A stretch of 64,000 nucleotides of DNA from Terriglobales bacterium (GTDB lineage Bacteria > Acidobacteriota > Terriglobia > Terriglobales > Acidobacteriaceae). The notes under the pieces are model-generated. The model did not search any database. It was given only the letters and a program-made list of their open reading frames with translations, and had not been told where the DNA came from. Made by a program: the position numbers and the translations under genes. This document shows, in pieces, positions 18,530 through 28,587 of this stretch (its first letter is position 1; each line of letters begins with the position of its first letter). The stretch covers positions 1,419 to 65,418 of the forward strand of contig JBKQLO010000165.1 in the NCBI GenBank assembly GCA_052147055.1. The letters run 5' to 3'.

Positions 18530-19684
18530 GTGTCGATTGCCTTCAAAATTGAAGCCACCAGCGGCGAGGCGCGGGCGGGGCGGTTAATTACGCCTCATGG
18601 CGAAGTCGAAACGCCTGTGTTTATGCCGGTGGGGACGCTGGCGTCGGTCAAAGGCGTGTCGCAGGACGTGCTCGAAGAACTGGGCGTCCAAATTCTTCTG
18701 GGCAACACTTATCACCTGTACCTGCGGCCGGGGATCGAGCAGATCAGAAAGCTGGGTGGCCTGCATCGCTTTATGGCGTGGCCGCGGGCGATTCTGACTG
18801 ACTCGGGCGGCTTCCAGGTCTTCAGCCTCAACGAACTGCGCAAGGTCACAGAAGAAGGCGTGACGTTTCGTTCGCATCTGGATGGGTCTTCGCATTTCTT
18901 CAGTCCGGAGAGTGCGATGGAGGCACAGATCGGGCTGGGGGCGGACATTATTATGGCGTTCGACGAGTGCACGGAGTATCCGGCGGATGCAGAGCGGGTG
19001 CGCCAGTCGATGGAGCTGACGCTGCGCTGGGCGGAGCGGAGTAAGAAATGTTTTGAGGAGCATAAGGAAGAAGTGCCGTGGGGGGCGCACTGCGGCTCGC
19101 GGGAGGCGGACAAGAGTGTCCGCCCCACACGAGCGGATCAGACTCAGGCGCTCTTTGGCATTGTCCAAGGTGGAATGGATGCGGCGCTTCGAAAAGAATC
19201 TGCCGAGCGGACCATCGAGATTGGATTCCCCGGTTATGCCATTGGCGGGCTGAGCGTGGGTGAGCCTCGAGCCTTGACTAGAGAGATAGTCGAGTCCACG
19301 GTCGCCCATCTGCCTGCGGACAGGCCCCGCTATCTGATGGGGGTGGGAACTCCGGAGGAAATTGTGGAATACGCCGGTCTGGGCATCGACATGATGGATT
19401 GCGTACTGCCGACGCGGGCGGCGCGGCATGGTTTGCTGTTCACATCGGAGGGGAAAGTCTCAATCAAGCAGGCGCGGTATGCAGGAGATGAAGGTCCGCT
19501 CGATGCCAAATGCGGCTGCCGGGTGTGTTCCCGGTATTCTCGGGCCTACCTCCGGCATTTGTATGCGTCGAACGAGGTCTTGGCCCAGGTTTTGAACACC
19601 GTCCACAACCTGAGCTTCTACCTTGACACGATGCGCGCGGTGCGTCATTCTATTGCACTTGGGAGAGGGGCCCGCTTTCTCTGA
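18530..19684 (+). CDS. tgt: tRNA-guanine transglycosylase (queuine insertion)
   Basis: TPVFMPVGT, ILTDSGGFQVFSL, ALFGIVQGG and the C-terminal CxC..C zinc site. GTG start. The gene contains a repeat-derived insert at 19105-19134. Confidence 0.92.
   Translation: MSIAFKIEATSGEARAGRLITPHGEVETPVFMPVGTLASVKGVSQDVLEELGVQILLGNTYHLYLRPGIEQIRKLGGLHRFMAWPRAILTDSGGFQVFSLNELRKVTEEGVTFRSHLDGSSHFFSPESAMEAQIGLGADIIMAFDECTEYPADAERVRQSMELTLRWAERSKKCFEEHKEEVPWGAHCGSREADKSVRPTRADQTQALFGIVQGGMDAALRKESAERTIEIGFPGYAIGGLSVGEPRALTREIVESTVAHLPADRPRYLMGVGTPEEIVEYAGLGIDMMDCVLPTRAARHGLLFTSEGKVSIKQARYAGDEGPLDAKCGCRVCSRYSRAYLRHLYASNEVLAQVLNTVHNLSFYLDTMRAVRHSIALGRGARFL
19105..19134. repeat. repeat family R2 (GGCGGACAAGAGTGTCCGCCCCACACGAGC) inside tgt
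   Basis: 30/30 identical to 48596-48625. Perfect hairpin GGCGGACA-AGAG-TGTCCGCC. Confidence 0.9.
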
Positions 19685-19849
19685 GGTCTGGTCTCGGCCT
19701 AAACCATAGACCGGCATCCCCTGTTGGTGTCCGAAGCTTAAGGAATCTCCGCCCAGGTACGCGAGAGCCTCCAGCGGTAAATTGCAAAGCAAGTGTGCCC
19801 AGTTGGCTTTAACTCCCAGCCCACGGCAGGGGATGGAACTCTGATCTTG

Positions 19850-20185
19850 ATGAACATACAGCACTTATTGGCGATACAGTTTGGCAGCGGGTCTGCGGGG
19901 CTGTTGGGATTTGCGCCGCTGATCTTCATTTTCGCTATCTTCTACTTCTTGCTGATCATGCCTCAGCAGCGGCGCCAGAAGAAGTGGCAGCGGATGCTGA
20001 GCGAGTTGAAGACGGGGGACAAAGTGGTGACCAGCGGCGGCTTGCGGGGGACTATCATTGCGCTGAGGGACGATTACGTCCACTTGCGGGTTCCGCCGGA
20101 CAATTTGAAAATCGAAGTCAGCCGGGCCTCGGTTTCGTCCGTCTCGACCGCCGACGACGCCGGAAAGTCGGGCGATAAGGCGTAG
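19850..20185 (+). CDS. yajC: preprotein translocase subunit YajC
   Basis: FYFLLIMPQQRRQKK...GDKVVTSGGLRGTI. ATG at 19850. tgt-yajC-secDF synteny. Confidence 0.85.
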   Translation: MNIQHLLAIQFGSGSAGLLGFAPLIFIFAIFYFLLIMPQQRRQKKWQRMLSELKTGDKVVTSGGLRGTIIALRDDYVHLRVPPDNLKIEVSRASVSSVSTADDAGKSGDKA

Positions 20186-20233
20186 GCAGCAAGGGCTCGG
20201 GACGCATCAAAATCTAATAGTGAATTCATCATT

Positions 20234-21853
20234 ATGAACAAGAATTTGGGTTGGAAGATGGGCATCATCGTGGCGACTCTGGTGGTCTTCTTGTTTGGGA
20301 TCATCGGCATACCGGATAGTTGGTCGGGCAAGGGGCTGCTGGCGGCGGTGGGGCACCGCATTAACCTGGGGCTGGACCTCAAAGGCGGCACGCACCTGAT
20401 CCTGCAGGTACAGGTGAACGATGCGGTCACGGTGGATTCAGACAATGCCATTGAGCGGCTGAAAACGGATTTGCGGGTCCGCAAGATCACTTACGCGGAG
20501 ATCACGAAACCCGATCCGGTCAACGCGCCAGAGAAGATCGTGCTCAAGGGGGTGCCACCGGAGTCGCGGTCCGATCTGCTTTCCATCGTGCAGGACCGGC
20601 TTCCGGAATACAGCCTGACCTCAGGCGCGGATAACACCTGGACGGTTGCCATGAAGGCGCAAAACCTGGCGGATCTGAAGAACCGTGCAGTCACCCAGGC
20701 GATTGAAACCATTCGAAACCGGATCGATCAGTTGGGAGTCAGCGAACCCATCATCGAAGAACACGGACTCGGGCGGTATCAGATTCTGGTGCAACTTCCT
20801 GGCATAGACGATCCCGGCCGGGTGAAGGACATCATGCAGTCCACCGCTATGCTGGAGATTCGCCAGTCTATGGGTGGCCCCTATCCCAGCGAACAAGCGG
20901 CGTTACAGCAGAACAATGGCATATTGCCACCGGATACGATGTTGATGCCCGGACGTAGTGTGGGCGCAACCCCGGCGGAGGGTGGTCAGGTCTGGTACTT
21001 GATTTCGCGAGCCTCGGCGGTCACCGGCCGCGACTTGCGTGCCGCCGAACCTTCCCGAGACGAAAACGGCCAGCCTTCGGTCCAGTTCAATCTGACCGGT
21101 GAGGGCGGGAGGCGGTTTGGCGCCTTCACGGGAGCCCACGTCGGGGACAATCTGGCGGTGGTGCTGGACAATAAGGTCCAGGAAGTTGCGGTCATCAAGG
21201 AGCAGATCCACGACACCGGCGTCATTAACGGACGATTTACCGAGCAGGAAGCCAAGGATTTGGCCATGGTGCTGCGTTCGGGTGCGCTGCCTGCCGGGAT
21301 CAAGTATCTGGAAGAGCGTACAGTGGGGCCGTCGCTGGGCACGGATTCCATCCGCGCCGGAGTGACGGCGGCGGTCATCGGCATGCTCGCGGTTCTGATC
21401 TTCATGCTGGTTTACTATCATGCGGCGGGCATCAATGCGGACGTCGCCTTGATTCTGAACCTGATCATTCTGCTGGGATTCCTGGGTTTCAGCGGGGCCA
21501 CGCTGACGCTGCCGGGGATCGCGGGGGTAATTTTGACGGTCGGCATGGGCGTAGACTCGAATGTACTGATCTTCGAGCGTATCCGCGAAGAACTGAGAAG
21601 CGGCAAGACGCCGCCGACGGCGGTGGAGCAGGGATTCAGCCATGCCTGGATCACCATTGTGGATACCCACGTAACCACGATTGTGTCGGCCATCATTCTA
21701 TTTATTTTTGGTACAGGTCCGGTGCGCGGATTTGCGGTGACGCTCAGTTTCGGCTTGTTTGCGAATTTGTTCACGGCGGTGTTTGTGTCACGCGTGATCT
21801 TTGACTGGATCCTGAGCCGAAAGCAGCGCGGCGAAGCATTGAGCATCGGATAA
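20234..21853 (+). CDS. secD: protein translocase subunit SecD
   Basis: 539 aa with the LGLDLKGG block, a large periplasmic domain and six C-terminal TM helices with GMGVDSNVLIFERIREE. Confidence 0.92.
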   Translation: MNKNLGWKMGIIVATLVVFLFGIIGIPDSWSGKGLLAAVGHRINLGLDLKGGTHLILQVQVNDAVTVDSDNAIERLKTDLRVRKITYAEITKPDPVNAPEKIVLKGVPPESRSDLLSIVQDRLPEYSLTSGADNTWTVAMKAQNLADLKNRAVTQAIETIRNRIDQLGVSEPIIEEHGLGRYQILVQLPGIDDPGRVKDIMQSTAMLEIRQSMGGPYPSEQAALQQNNGILPPDTMLMPGRSVGATPAEGGQVWYLISRASAVTGRDLRAAEPSRDENGQPSVQFNLTGEGGRRFGAFTGAHVGDNLAVVLDNKVQEVAVIKEQIHDTGVINGRFTEQEAKDLAMVLRSGALPAGIKYLEERTVGPSLGTDSIRAGVTAAVIGMLAVLIFMLVYYHAAGINADVALILNLIILLGFLGFSGATLTLPGIAGVILTVGMGVDSNVLIFERIREELRSGKTPPTAVEQGFSHAWITIVDTHVTTIVSAIILFIFGTGPVRGFAVTLSFGLFANLFTAVFVSRVIFDWILSRKQRGEALSIG

Positions 21854-21867
21854 GTGCCGGGCAGGGC

Positions 21868-21895
21868 GGACCCTTCGACTTCGCGCAGGGCAGGC
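21868..21895. repeat. repeat family R1 core (GGACCCTTCGACTTCGCGCAGGGCAGGC)
   Basis: Lies in the 97-nt secD-secF spacer. Confidence 0.75.
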
Positions 21896-21950
21896 TAAGG
21901 GCAAACGCCGGTAAGTGAATCGTAATCGTCAAGAAACGGGGTCCTGTTAG

Positions 21951-23159
21951 GTGGAATTTTTTCGCAATGCGGACATCGATTTCCTCGGGAAGAAGTGGTA
22001 CTTCCTCGCGTTTTCTCTGGTCTTCAGCATGGCGGGCCTGTTCTCCATGTTGTTCTGGCACGGCATTCCGTATGGCGTAGACTTTCGCGGCGGAACGCTG
22101 GTGTATGTAAAGTTCGCCCAGTCGCCGGATGACAACGCCATTCGCGCCGCCATGGACCGCGCCGGACTGCGCAACGTGCGCATTCAGCGCTATGGGCAGA
22201 TCAGTAACAACGAAGTCCTGATCGGCGTCTCTGAAGAAGAGACCAACGAGCAGGCGCTTGACCGCAGCAAGCTGCTGATTATCAATGCGCTGGAAACCAA
22301 TGCTCCGGCGGACAAGCAAGACCTGAACAACGCCAGTGTGCTGGGGCTAAAGAGCTATCTGTTGCAGAAAGACCCGCTGCGGGCGGGAACGGACGCAGAG
22401 CAGCGCTATACCGCACAGGCCCAGGCGATTGTGGATTATCGCGACAAGACCAAAGGCGGCGTGCTGACCTCGCTCGACGAGCTGAAAACTGCGGCTGACC
22501 CGGCCGTGGTGGCTTCCCTGGCGGATGGCTTTTTTCTTTCCAGTTTCGCGGTGCGCAACGTGGAAATCGTAGGACCCCAGGTGGGCGGACAGTTGCGCCG
22601 GCAGGCTCTGCTGGCTACGGTCTACTCTTTGGCGGGAATGCTGATCTATCTGGCGGTGCGCTTTGAGTGGATCTACGGCGTGGCCGCGGTGGTAACGGTT
22701 TTCCACGACACGCTGATCACGGTAGGCGCGTTCTCGCTCATGGACAAAGAAATCTCTCTCACCGTGATCGCCGCCATCCTGACCCTGATCGGTTATTCGA
22801 ACAACGACACCATCGTGGTGTTCGACCGCATCCGCGAGAACCTGAAGCTGATGCGGCGCGAGAAGCTTTCTGACATCGTGAACCGCAGTATCAACCAGAC
22901 CCTGAGCCGGACCATCCTGACGGCAGGGCTGACCTTCCTCACCGTGCTGGCGTTGTTTCTGTTCGGGGGCGAGGTATTGCACGGGTTCTCGTTTGCTCTG
23001 GTAATCGGTATTCTGATCGGCACCTATTCTTCGATTGCGATTGCCGCCCCGATCCTGGTGGCTTACCAGGATTGGCGCAGTAATCGCGGGAAACCGCCGA
23101 TGGAAGCGGCCATGCGCAAGGAAAGCGCCCGTGGAGAAAAGGTAAAAGCCAAAGTTTGA
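21951..23159 (+). CDS. secF: protein translocase subunit SecF
   Basis: IDFLGKK...GVDFRGG and YSNNDTIVVFDRIREN. GTG start. Confidence 0.9.
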   Translation: MEFFRNADIDFLGKKWYFLAFSLVFSMAGLFSMLFWHGIPYGVDFRGGTLVYVKFAQSPDDNAIRAAMDRAGLRNVRIQRYGQISNNEVLIGVSEEETNEQALDRSKLLIINALETNAPADKQDLNNASVLGLKSYLLQKDPLRAGTDAEQRYTAQAQAIVDYRDKTKGGVLTSLDELKTAADPAVVASLADGFFLSSFAVRNVEIVGPQVGGQLRRQALLATVYSLAGMLIYLAVRFEWIYGVAAVVTVFHDTLITVGAFSLMDKEISLTVIAAILTLIGYSNNDTIVVFDRIRENLKLMRREKLSDIVNRSINQTLSRTILTAGLTFLTVLALFLFGGEVLHGFSFALVIGILIGTYSSIAIAAPILVAYQDWRSNRGKPPMEAAMRKESARGEKVKAKV

Positions 23160-23316
23160 GGCGGCTGCGGGCGGGTGAGGGGTCCCACAAGTTTGTGATT
23201 GACGGGCATTTGAGGTAGTATTCTGCGGCCTTCAATTCAGGCTTTGTAAAGTGGGTCTGGGAGCAAAGAGGAGGCAGTCGGTGTCTAAGGAATAGTTAGG
23301 GGCAGGAGGGACATTT

Positions 23317-24060
23317 ATGTTTGAAGACAGCCTCATCGAATCGGGCGGAAGGCTGACAACCAAGCGCGGAATGACCACCACGATTTCGTTTGTTTTTCAG
23401 ATGGTGCTGGTGGGGATTCTGGTGTTGATTCCGCTGTTGTTTACGGAAGCCCTCCCTAAGACGCAGTTGATGACGTTCCTGGTCGCTCCACCCCCACCCC
23501 CGCCGCCACCACCGCCACCGGCCGCGGCGCCGGTAAAAGTGGTGAAACAGATCCAAACCGACATCGTAAACGGACAATTGCGGACCCCGACCAAGATTCC
23601 AGAGAAAGTGCAGATGATTAAGGAAGATGAAGCGCCGCCGCCGGTGATGTCGGCCAGCGGTGTAGTGGGCGGCATCCCGGGCGGTGTGCCTGGCGGGCAG
23701 ATGGGCGGAGTAATCGGGGGGATTATCAACTCAACCCCGGTGGCGGTGCCCAAGGTGGCCACGCCGCAGCGTATCCGCGTCTCCCAAGGCGTGACTCAGG
23801 GAATGATTATTCGTCGGGTGCAGCCGTCTTATCCACCCCTGGCCCGGCAAGCGCGCATCCAAGGACCAGTGGTACTGCAAGCCGAGATCGGCAAGGACGG
23901 GTCCATCCAGAACTTGCGGCTGATCAGCGGGCATCCCATGCTGGCGCCGGCGGCGATTGAGGCCATTAAACAGTGGAAGTACAAGCCTTACATTTTGAAT
24001 GGTGAGCCAGTGGAAGTAGAAACCACGATTACGTTTAATTTCACGCTGTCGGGAGGGTAA
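23317..24060 (+). CDS. TonB-family energy transducer
   Basis: An N-terminal anchor, a poly-Pro spacer (PPPPPPPPPPPPAAAP) and a C-terminal TonB domain (YPPLARQARIQGPVVLQAEI...GEPVEV). Confidence 0.85.
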   Translation: MFEDSLIESGGRLTTKRGMTTTISFVFQMVLVGILVLIPLLFTEALPKTQLMTFLVAPPPPPPPPPPPAAAPVKVVKQIQTDIVNGQLRTPTKIPEKVQMIKEDEAPPPVMSASGVVGGIPGGVPGGQMGGVIGGIINSTPVAVPKVATPQRIRVSQGVTQGMIIRRVQPSYPPLARQARIQGPVVLQAEIGKDGSIQNLRLISGHPMLAPAAIEAIKQWKYKPYILNGEPVEVETTITFNFTLSGG

Positions 24061-24105
24061 TCCGGCGGCCAGGTTTTGACCAAGTTCCAGGAGGAAAAGC
24101 AACTC

Positions 24106-24861
24106 ATGTTCGTAGCCAACTTAGCAACCCATACTCTAAGCAATGTGTCCACCATGGCCACCTGGCTTTTCCAGGATCAGCCCGTGGCTTGGGACCCGAT
24201 CTCGCTATGGAAACAGATGGGCTTCATCGCGAGGACCGTGGTCGTGATTCTATTCGTCATGTCCGGTTGGTCGATCGGCGTCATGATTGACCGCTGGATG
24301 GCGTTCAGCGCGGCCCGCAAGCAATCGCGGGCGTTTGCTCCGGCGGTGGCCGGGGCGCTGCGTGATGGCAAGATCGACGAAGCCATCAAAGTGGCGGAAC
24401 GCAACAAGAAAAGCCACCTAGCCAAGGTGGTGACGGCCGGCCTGATGGAGTTCCGCGCTCACCAGGACAGTGCGGACATCCCAGGGGAGACCATCGAAGC
24501 CTCCAAGCGGGCCCTGGAGCGCACGGAGGCCATTGTCCATGCCGAGCTGAAGCGTGGGTTAGGCGGTCTGGCCACCATTGGCTCAACCGCCCCGTTCGTG
24601 GGGCTGTTTGGCACGGTGATGGGCATTCTGAATGCCTTTAAGGGCATCTCGGAACAGAAGGCCACCGGCCTGGGCGCGGTCGCAGGCGGAATCGCGGAAG
24701 CGCTGGTGACCACAGCCGTCGGCCTGTTCGTGGCCATCCCGGCCGTCATGATGTTCAACTATCTGACGGGCCGCGTGGAAGCGTTCGACGTGGAGATGGA
24801 CAACTCCTCGAGCGAACTGATCGACTACTTCCTGAAGCGGCGGGGTATGCGCCGGTCGTAA
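24106..24861 (+). CDS. exbB: MotA/TolQ/ExbB proton channel
   Basis: GLGGLATIGSTAPFVGLFGTVMGI and the ALVTTAVGLFVAIPA helices. I prefer the ATG at 24106 (AGGAGG upstream) to the TTG at 24076. Confidence 0.88.
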   Translation: MFVANLATHTLSNVSTMATWLFQDQPVAWDPISLWKQMGFIARTVVVILFVMSGWSIGVMIDRWMAFSAARKQSRAFAPAVAGALRDGKIDEAIKVAERNKKSHLAKVVTAGLMEFRAHQDSADIPGETIEASKRALERTEAIVHAELKRGLGGLATIGSTAPFVGLFGTVMGILNAFKGISEQKATGLGAVAGGIAEALVTTAVGLFVAIPAVMMFNYLTGRVEAFDVEMDNSSSELIDYFLKRRGMRRS

Positions 24862-24994
24862 GTTTTGGCGGCGCAGCGGGAGCGGGCTTTCGACCTTGAG
24901 TTGCGGCCTGGCGCTGGAGGATGTCTCCAGCGCCGGGCTCGGCAAGAGCGGGAGCGCGAGCGAAATTGAGCGTGGGTGGCAGAGGAACAGCCTT

Positions 24995-25453
24995 ATGTCA
25001 ATGAACAAGAGGAATGAAGGCGCCAAGGTCAACTCCGACATCAACGTCACCCCCATGGTGGACGTGATGCTGGTGCTGCTGATCATCTTCATGGTGATCA
25101 CGCCGATGTTGCAGAAGGGCGTGAGCGTGGATCTGGCCAAGGTAAATAATCCCGAGCAAATGCCGGACGCCGACAAGGAAGATGCCCTGATTGTGGCGAT
25201 CATGCGAGACGGGAAAGTGTTTTTCGGCAACGACCAGACACCACCCGACCAACTGACACAAAAAGTGAAAGACCGTCTGGCCAACCGGCTTGATAAGCGC
25301 GTGTTCGTCCGCGCCGATGCCCGAGCGAAATTCGGATCGGTGGTAGCGGTAGTGGATAACGTCCGTGCCGCAGGAGTCGACGAGTTAGGTTTGTTGACCG
25401 ACCAGAAGAAGCAGACCGGAGCCCCGGCGCCACCAGCGGCGGGCGGGCAATAG
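24995..25453 (+). CDS. exbD: ExbD/TolR biopolymer transport protein
   Basis: INVTPMVDVMLVLLIIFMV signature. ATG at 24995. Confidence 0.88.
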   Translation: MSMNKRNEGAKVNSDINVTPMVDVMLVLLIIFMVITPMLQKGVSVDLAKVNNPEQMPDADKEDALIVAIMRDGKVFFGNDQTPPDQLTQKVKDRLANRLDKRVFVRADARAKFGSVVAVVDNVRAAGVDELGLLTDQKKQTGAPAPPAAGGQ

Positions 25454-25463
25454 AGGAGATCTT

Positions 25464-25904
25464 ATGAGCATGGGAGTGAGCGCGGGCGGGGGCCAAAGCG
25501 CAAATATCAACGTAACCCCCCTGATCGATGTGCTGCTGGTGTTGCTGATCATCTTCATGGTGATCACGCCGCTGACGCCAAAGGGGCTGGAAGCGCTGGT
25601 TCCGCAGCCGCCACCGCCGAATGCGCCCAAGAACAACACTCCGGACCGTACCATCGTGGTGCAGTTGATCGATCTGGGCGCGGGGAATCCGCCGGGGGTG
25701 AAGATCAACAACGAAGACACGACCTGGGACGGCTTGCAGGCGCGCCTCACTGACATCTTTAAGACCCGCGCGGAAAAGGTGATGTTCGTCAAAGGCGATG
25801 ACAATGTGCCCTTTGCCGATGTGGCCAATGTGATTGACATCGCCCACGCTGCGGGAGTCGACAAGGTGGGGTTGATTACCGCCAAGATTGAGGCCGGGGG
25901 ATAG
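25464..25904 (+). CDS. exbD: ExbD/TolR biopolymer transport protein (second paralog)
   Basis: INVTPLIDVLLVLLIIFMV signature. Confidence 0.88.
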   Translation: MSMGVSAGGGQSANINVTPLIDVLLVLLIIFMVITPLTPKGLEALVPQPPPPNAPKNNTPDRTIVVQLIDLGAGNPPGVKINNEDTTWDGLQARLTDIFKTRAEKVMFVKGDDNVPFADVANVIDIAHAAGVDKVGLITAKIEAGG

Positions 25905-26114
25905 CGTCGAGCCGGGAACAGCGCTCCCAGAGCTTAGTCTGGCTCTGGTTTGGAATGTCGCTCAGACGCAGGCTACCGGCAACAGCCGTTTGTTCGCGCA
26001 TCGTTTATTCGCGCACCGTGGATTCGTACGTGATGGTGGCGCGCCGTCGTCTGACGCGAATCGGGGCGGCGAAGCAATTCTTCAGGATTCCTGGCAAGGG
26101 AGACTTATAACGCA

Positions 26115-26936
26115 ATGAAAAACTGCATACGAGTGCTGGCGCTCGCGGCGGTTGCCTCGGTGTTGTTCTCTGGGACGGGCTGCGACAAACTGAAGGCCCG
26201 TGACCAATTGAACAAGGGTGTGAACTCCTACAAGAACGCACGCTATGAAGAGGCCATTGACCACTTTCAGCAAGCGGTAAACCTGGATCCCAAGCTGCTG
26301 AATGCGCGTCTTTACCTGGGGACCGCGCTGGCCAATCAATACATTCCCGGTGTGGACACGGACGATAACAACCGTACGGGCCAGCAGGCCGTGGACGTGT
26401 TTAAAGCGGTACTGGAGACGAATCCTGGGCATGACCAAAAGATAACCAGCCTCAAAGGGATTGCCTCGCTCTATTTCAACATGAAGAAGTTGGATCTGGC
26501 GAAAGAGTACAACCACAAGGTCGCGGAACTTGATCCCAACGACCCGGAAGCGTATTACTCGATCGGCGTGATTGACTGGACGCAGACCTATGTACCGCGT
26601 ATGGAAGAACGCGCCAAGCTCGGCCTCAAGCCGGAAGAGCCGCTGAAAGACAAGAAGGTCTGCGCGGAACTCAAAGACAAGAATTGGGCGAGCGTGCTGG
26701 ACGGGATCGACGAATTGAACAAGGCACTACAGTTGCGTCCGGACTACGACGATGCCATGGCGTACATGAACCTGATGTACCGCGAGAAAGCGGACGTGGA
26801 ATGTGACGATCCAGCGGCCCGTGCCGCCGATCTGAAGTCGGCCGATGAATGGGTGGACAAGACCATGGCCACCAAGAAGGCCAAGGCCGAGAAGCAGCCG
26901 GGACAGCAGGGCATCACTATGGACCAACCAAAGTAG
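26115..26936 (+). CDS. TPR-repeat lipoprotein
   Basis: Lipobox-like LFSGTGC followed by TPR-like Y/A/L periodic helices. Last gene of the TonB-ExbBD cluster. Confidence 0.78.
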   Translation: MKNCIRVLALAAVASVLFSGTGCDKLKARDQLNKGVNSYKNARYEEAIDHFQQAVNLDPKLLNARLYLGTALANQYIPGVDTDDNNRTGQQAVDVFKAVLETNPGHDQKITSLKGIASLYFNMKKLDLAKEYNHKVAELDPNDPEAYYSIGVIDWTQTYVPRMEERAKLGLKPEEPLKDKKVCAELKDKNWASVLDGIDELNKALQLRPDYDDAMAYMNLMYREKADVECDDPAARAADLKSADEWVDKTMATKKAKAEKQPGQQGITMDQPK

Positions 26937-27038
26937 TCTGTTCCTGGTGGATGACAGCCCCTTCCAACCCGGGAGGGGTTTTGTTTTGGGCAATCGAGAG
27001 TTGCACACACCTTGGAAAGCGCGTCGCCACCTGCACTC

Positions 27039-28550
27039 ATGTTCAAAAAAATCCTGATCGCCAATCGCGGGGAAATTGCGGTGCGGGTGATGCGCGCCTG
27101 CCGCGAGATGGGCATCCCGTCCGTGGCGGTGTTCTCTGACGCGGATCGTGCTTCCTTGCACGTGCTGAAGGCGGATGAGGCGTACCCCATCGGGCCGGCG
27201 GCCGCGGCGGAATCCTACTTGAACTCCCACAAGATTTTGGAAGTTGCGAAGCGTAGCGGAGCGGACGCCATCCATCCCGGTTACGGCTTTCTCTCCGAGA
27301 ATGCAAAGTTTGCCCAGGCGTGTGCCGATGCGGGCGTGAAGTTCATTGGCCCCACGGCCGCAGCGATGGAGCTGATGGGGTCAAAAACGCGGGCTCGGCA
27401 GCACATGGAAATCGCGGGAGTTCCATTCGTACCGGGAACTTCGCGCGGGTTGGATTCAGTGGAGCAGGCGCGACAAGTGGCGGGAAAAATCGGCTATCCC
27501 ATCATGCTGAAAGCGGCGGCCGGGGGCGGTGGCAAGGGAATGCGGCTGGTGCACCAGCCGGAGGAGTTGGAGGCTGCGCTTGAATCGGCCAAAAGCGAAG
27601 CCCAGCGTGCCTTTGGCGACGGCGAAGTGTACATCGAGAAAGCCATCGTGAACCCCCGCCACATCGAAATGCAGATCCTTGCCGATGAGCATGGCCACAC
27701 CGTCTATCTGGGGGAGCGTGAGTGCTCAATCCAGCGGCGGCATCAGAAGGTGCTGGAGGAATCTCCTTCCCCCATTGTGAATGCAGAGATGCGGCGCCGC
27801 ATGGGTGAGGTTGCGGTCCGAGTGGCGGAAGCCGCTGGCTACACCAATGCTGGAACAGTCGAGTTTCTTGTAGATCACGAGAAGAATTTCTATTTTCTCG
27901 AGATGAACACCCGGCTGCAAGTGGAGCATCCGGTGACCGAACTGACGACGGGACTGGACCTGGTCCATCTGCAGATTCGCATCGCGGCGGGGGAGAGTCT
28001 GCCTTTCCGGCAGGAGGAGATTGCTGTACGCGGCCACGCCATCGAGTGCCGCATTTATGCCGAAGATCCCGACAACAATTATTTTCCCAGCCCGGGGAAA
28101 ATCACGCTTTTGCTGGCGCCGTCGGGACCGGGAATCCGCAGGGACAGCGGGATGTATGAGGGTTGGACCGTGCCCATCGAATACGATCCCCTGCTGGCCA
28201 AGCTGATCGGCTACGGCAGCGACCGAACCCAGGCGATTTCGCGGTTGGTGCGCGCCATGCACGAGTATTTTGTGGGCGGAATCAAGACCAACATTTCACT
28301 CTTTCAGCGCATTTTGCGCGACCCTGAATTTGTGGCGGGAAGAATCGATACCGGCTATCTTGACCGGCTGCTGAAGTCGGGTGCTCCTGCGGCCCAGCGC
28401 GTCGACGCTGGCATCGCGGCGATTGCGGCAGGCGTGTTCGAGGTGTTGGAGCCAACCGGGAGTTCAACCGCGACCAGCGCCGGGAGTAACGGATCAGGAG
28501 TGTCCGGGTGGAAGCGGGCAGCGAGGGCAGAAGCCACGCGCAATACGTGA
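27039..28550 (+). CDS. accC: biotin carboxylase (acetyl/acyl-CoA carboxylase BC subunit)
   Basis: MFKKILIANRGEIAVRV..., GYPIMLKAAAGGGGKGMR and EMNTRLQVEHPVTE. Confidence 0.92.
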   Translation: MFKKILIANRGEIAVRVMRACREMGIPSVAVFSDADRASLHVLKADEAYPIGPAAAAESYLNSHKILEVAKRSGADAIHPGYGFLSENAKFAQACADAGVKFIGPTAAAMELMGSKTRARQHMEIAGVPFVPGTSRGLDSVEQARQVAGKIGYPIMLKAAAGGGGKGMRLVHQPEELEAALESAKSEAQRAFGDGEVYIEKAIVNPRHIEMQILADEHGHTVYLGERECSIQRRHQKVLEESPSPIVNAEMRRRMGEVAVRVAEAAGYTNAGTVEFLVDHEKNFYFLEMNTRLQVEHPVTELTTGLDLVHLQIRIAAGESLPFRQEEIAVRGHAIECRIYAEDPDNNYFPSPGKITLLLAPSGPGIRRDSGMYEGWTVPIEYDPLLAKLIGYGSDRTQAISRLVRAMHEYFVGGIKTNISLFQRILRDPEFVAGRIDTGYLDRLLKSGAPAAQRVDAGIAAIAAGVFEVLEPTGSSTATSAGSNGSGVSGWKRAARAEATRNT

Positions 28551-28587
28551 GTGGGAATCGACGTTTCCATCAGCTTAGCGAGTCCTT

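Noticed and set aside
20903-22982. Antisense ORFs (255, 182 and 211 aa) across secD/secF
   Set aside because: They are shadow ORFs opposite well-supported SecD and SecF.
23160-23316. Fur box or iron-regulated promoter upstream of tonB
   Set aside because: No GATAATGATAATCATTATC-like 19-mer is recognisable by eye.
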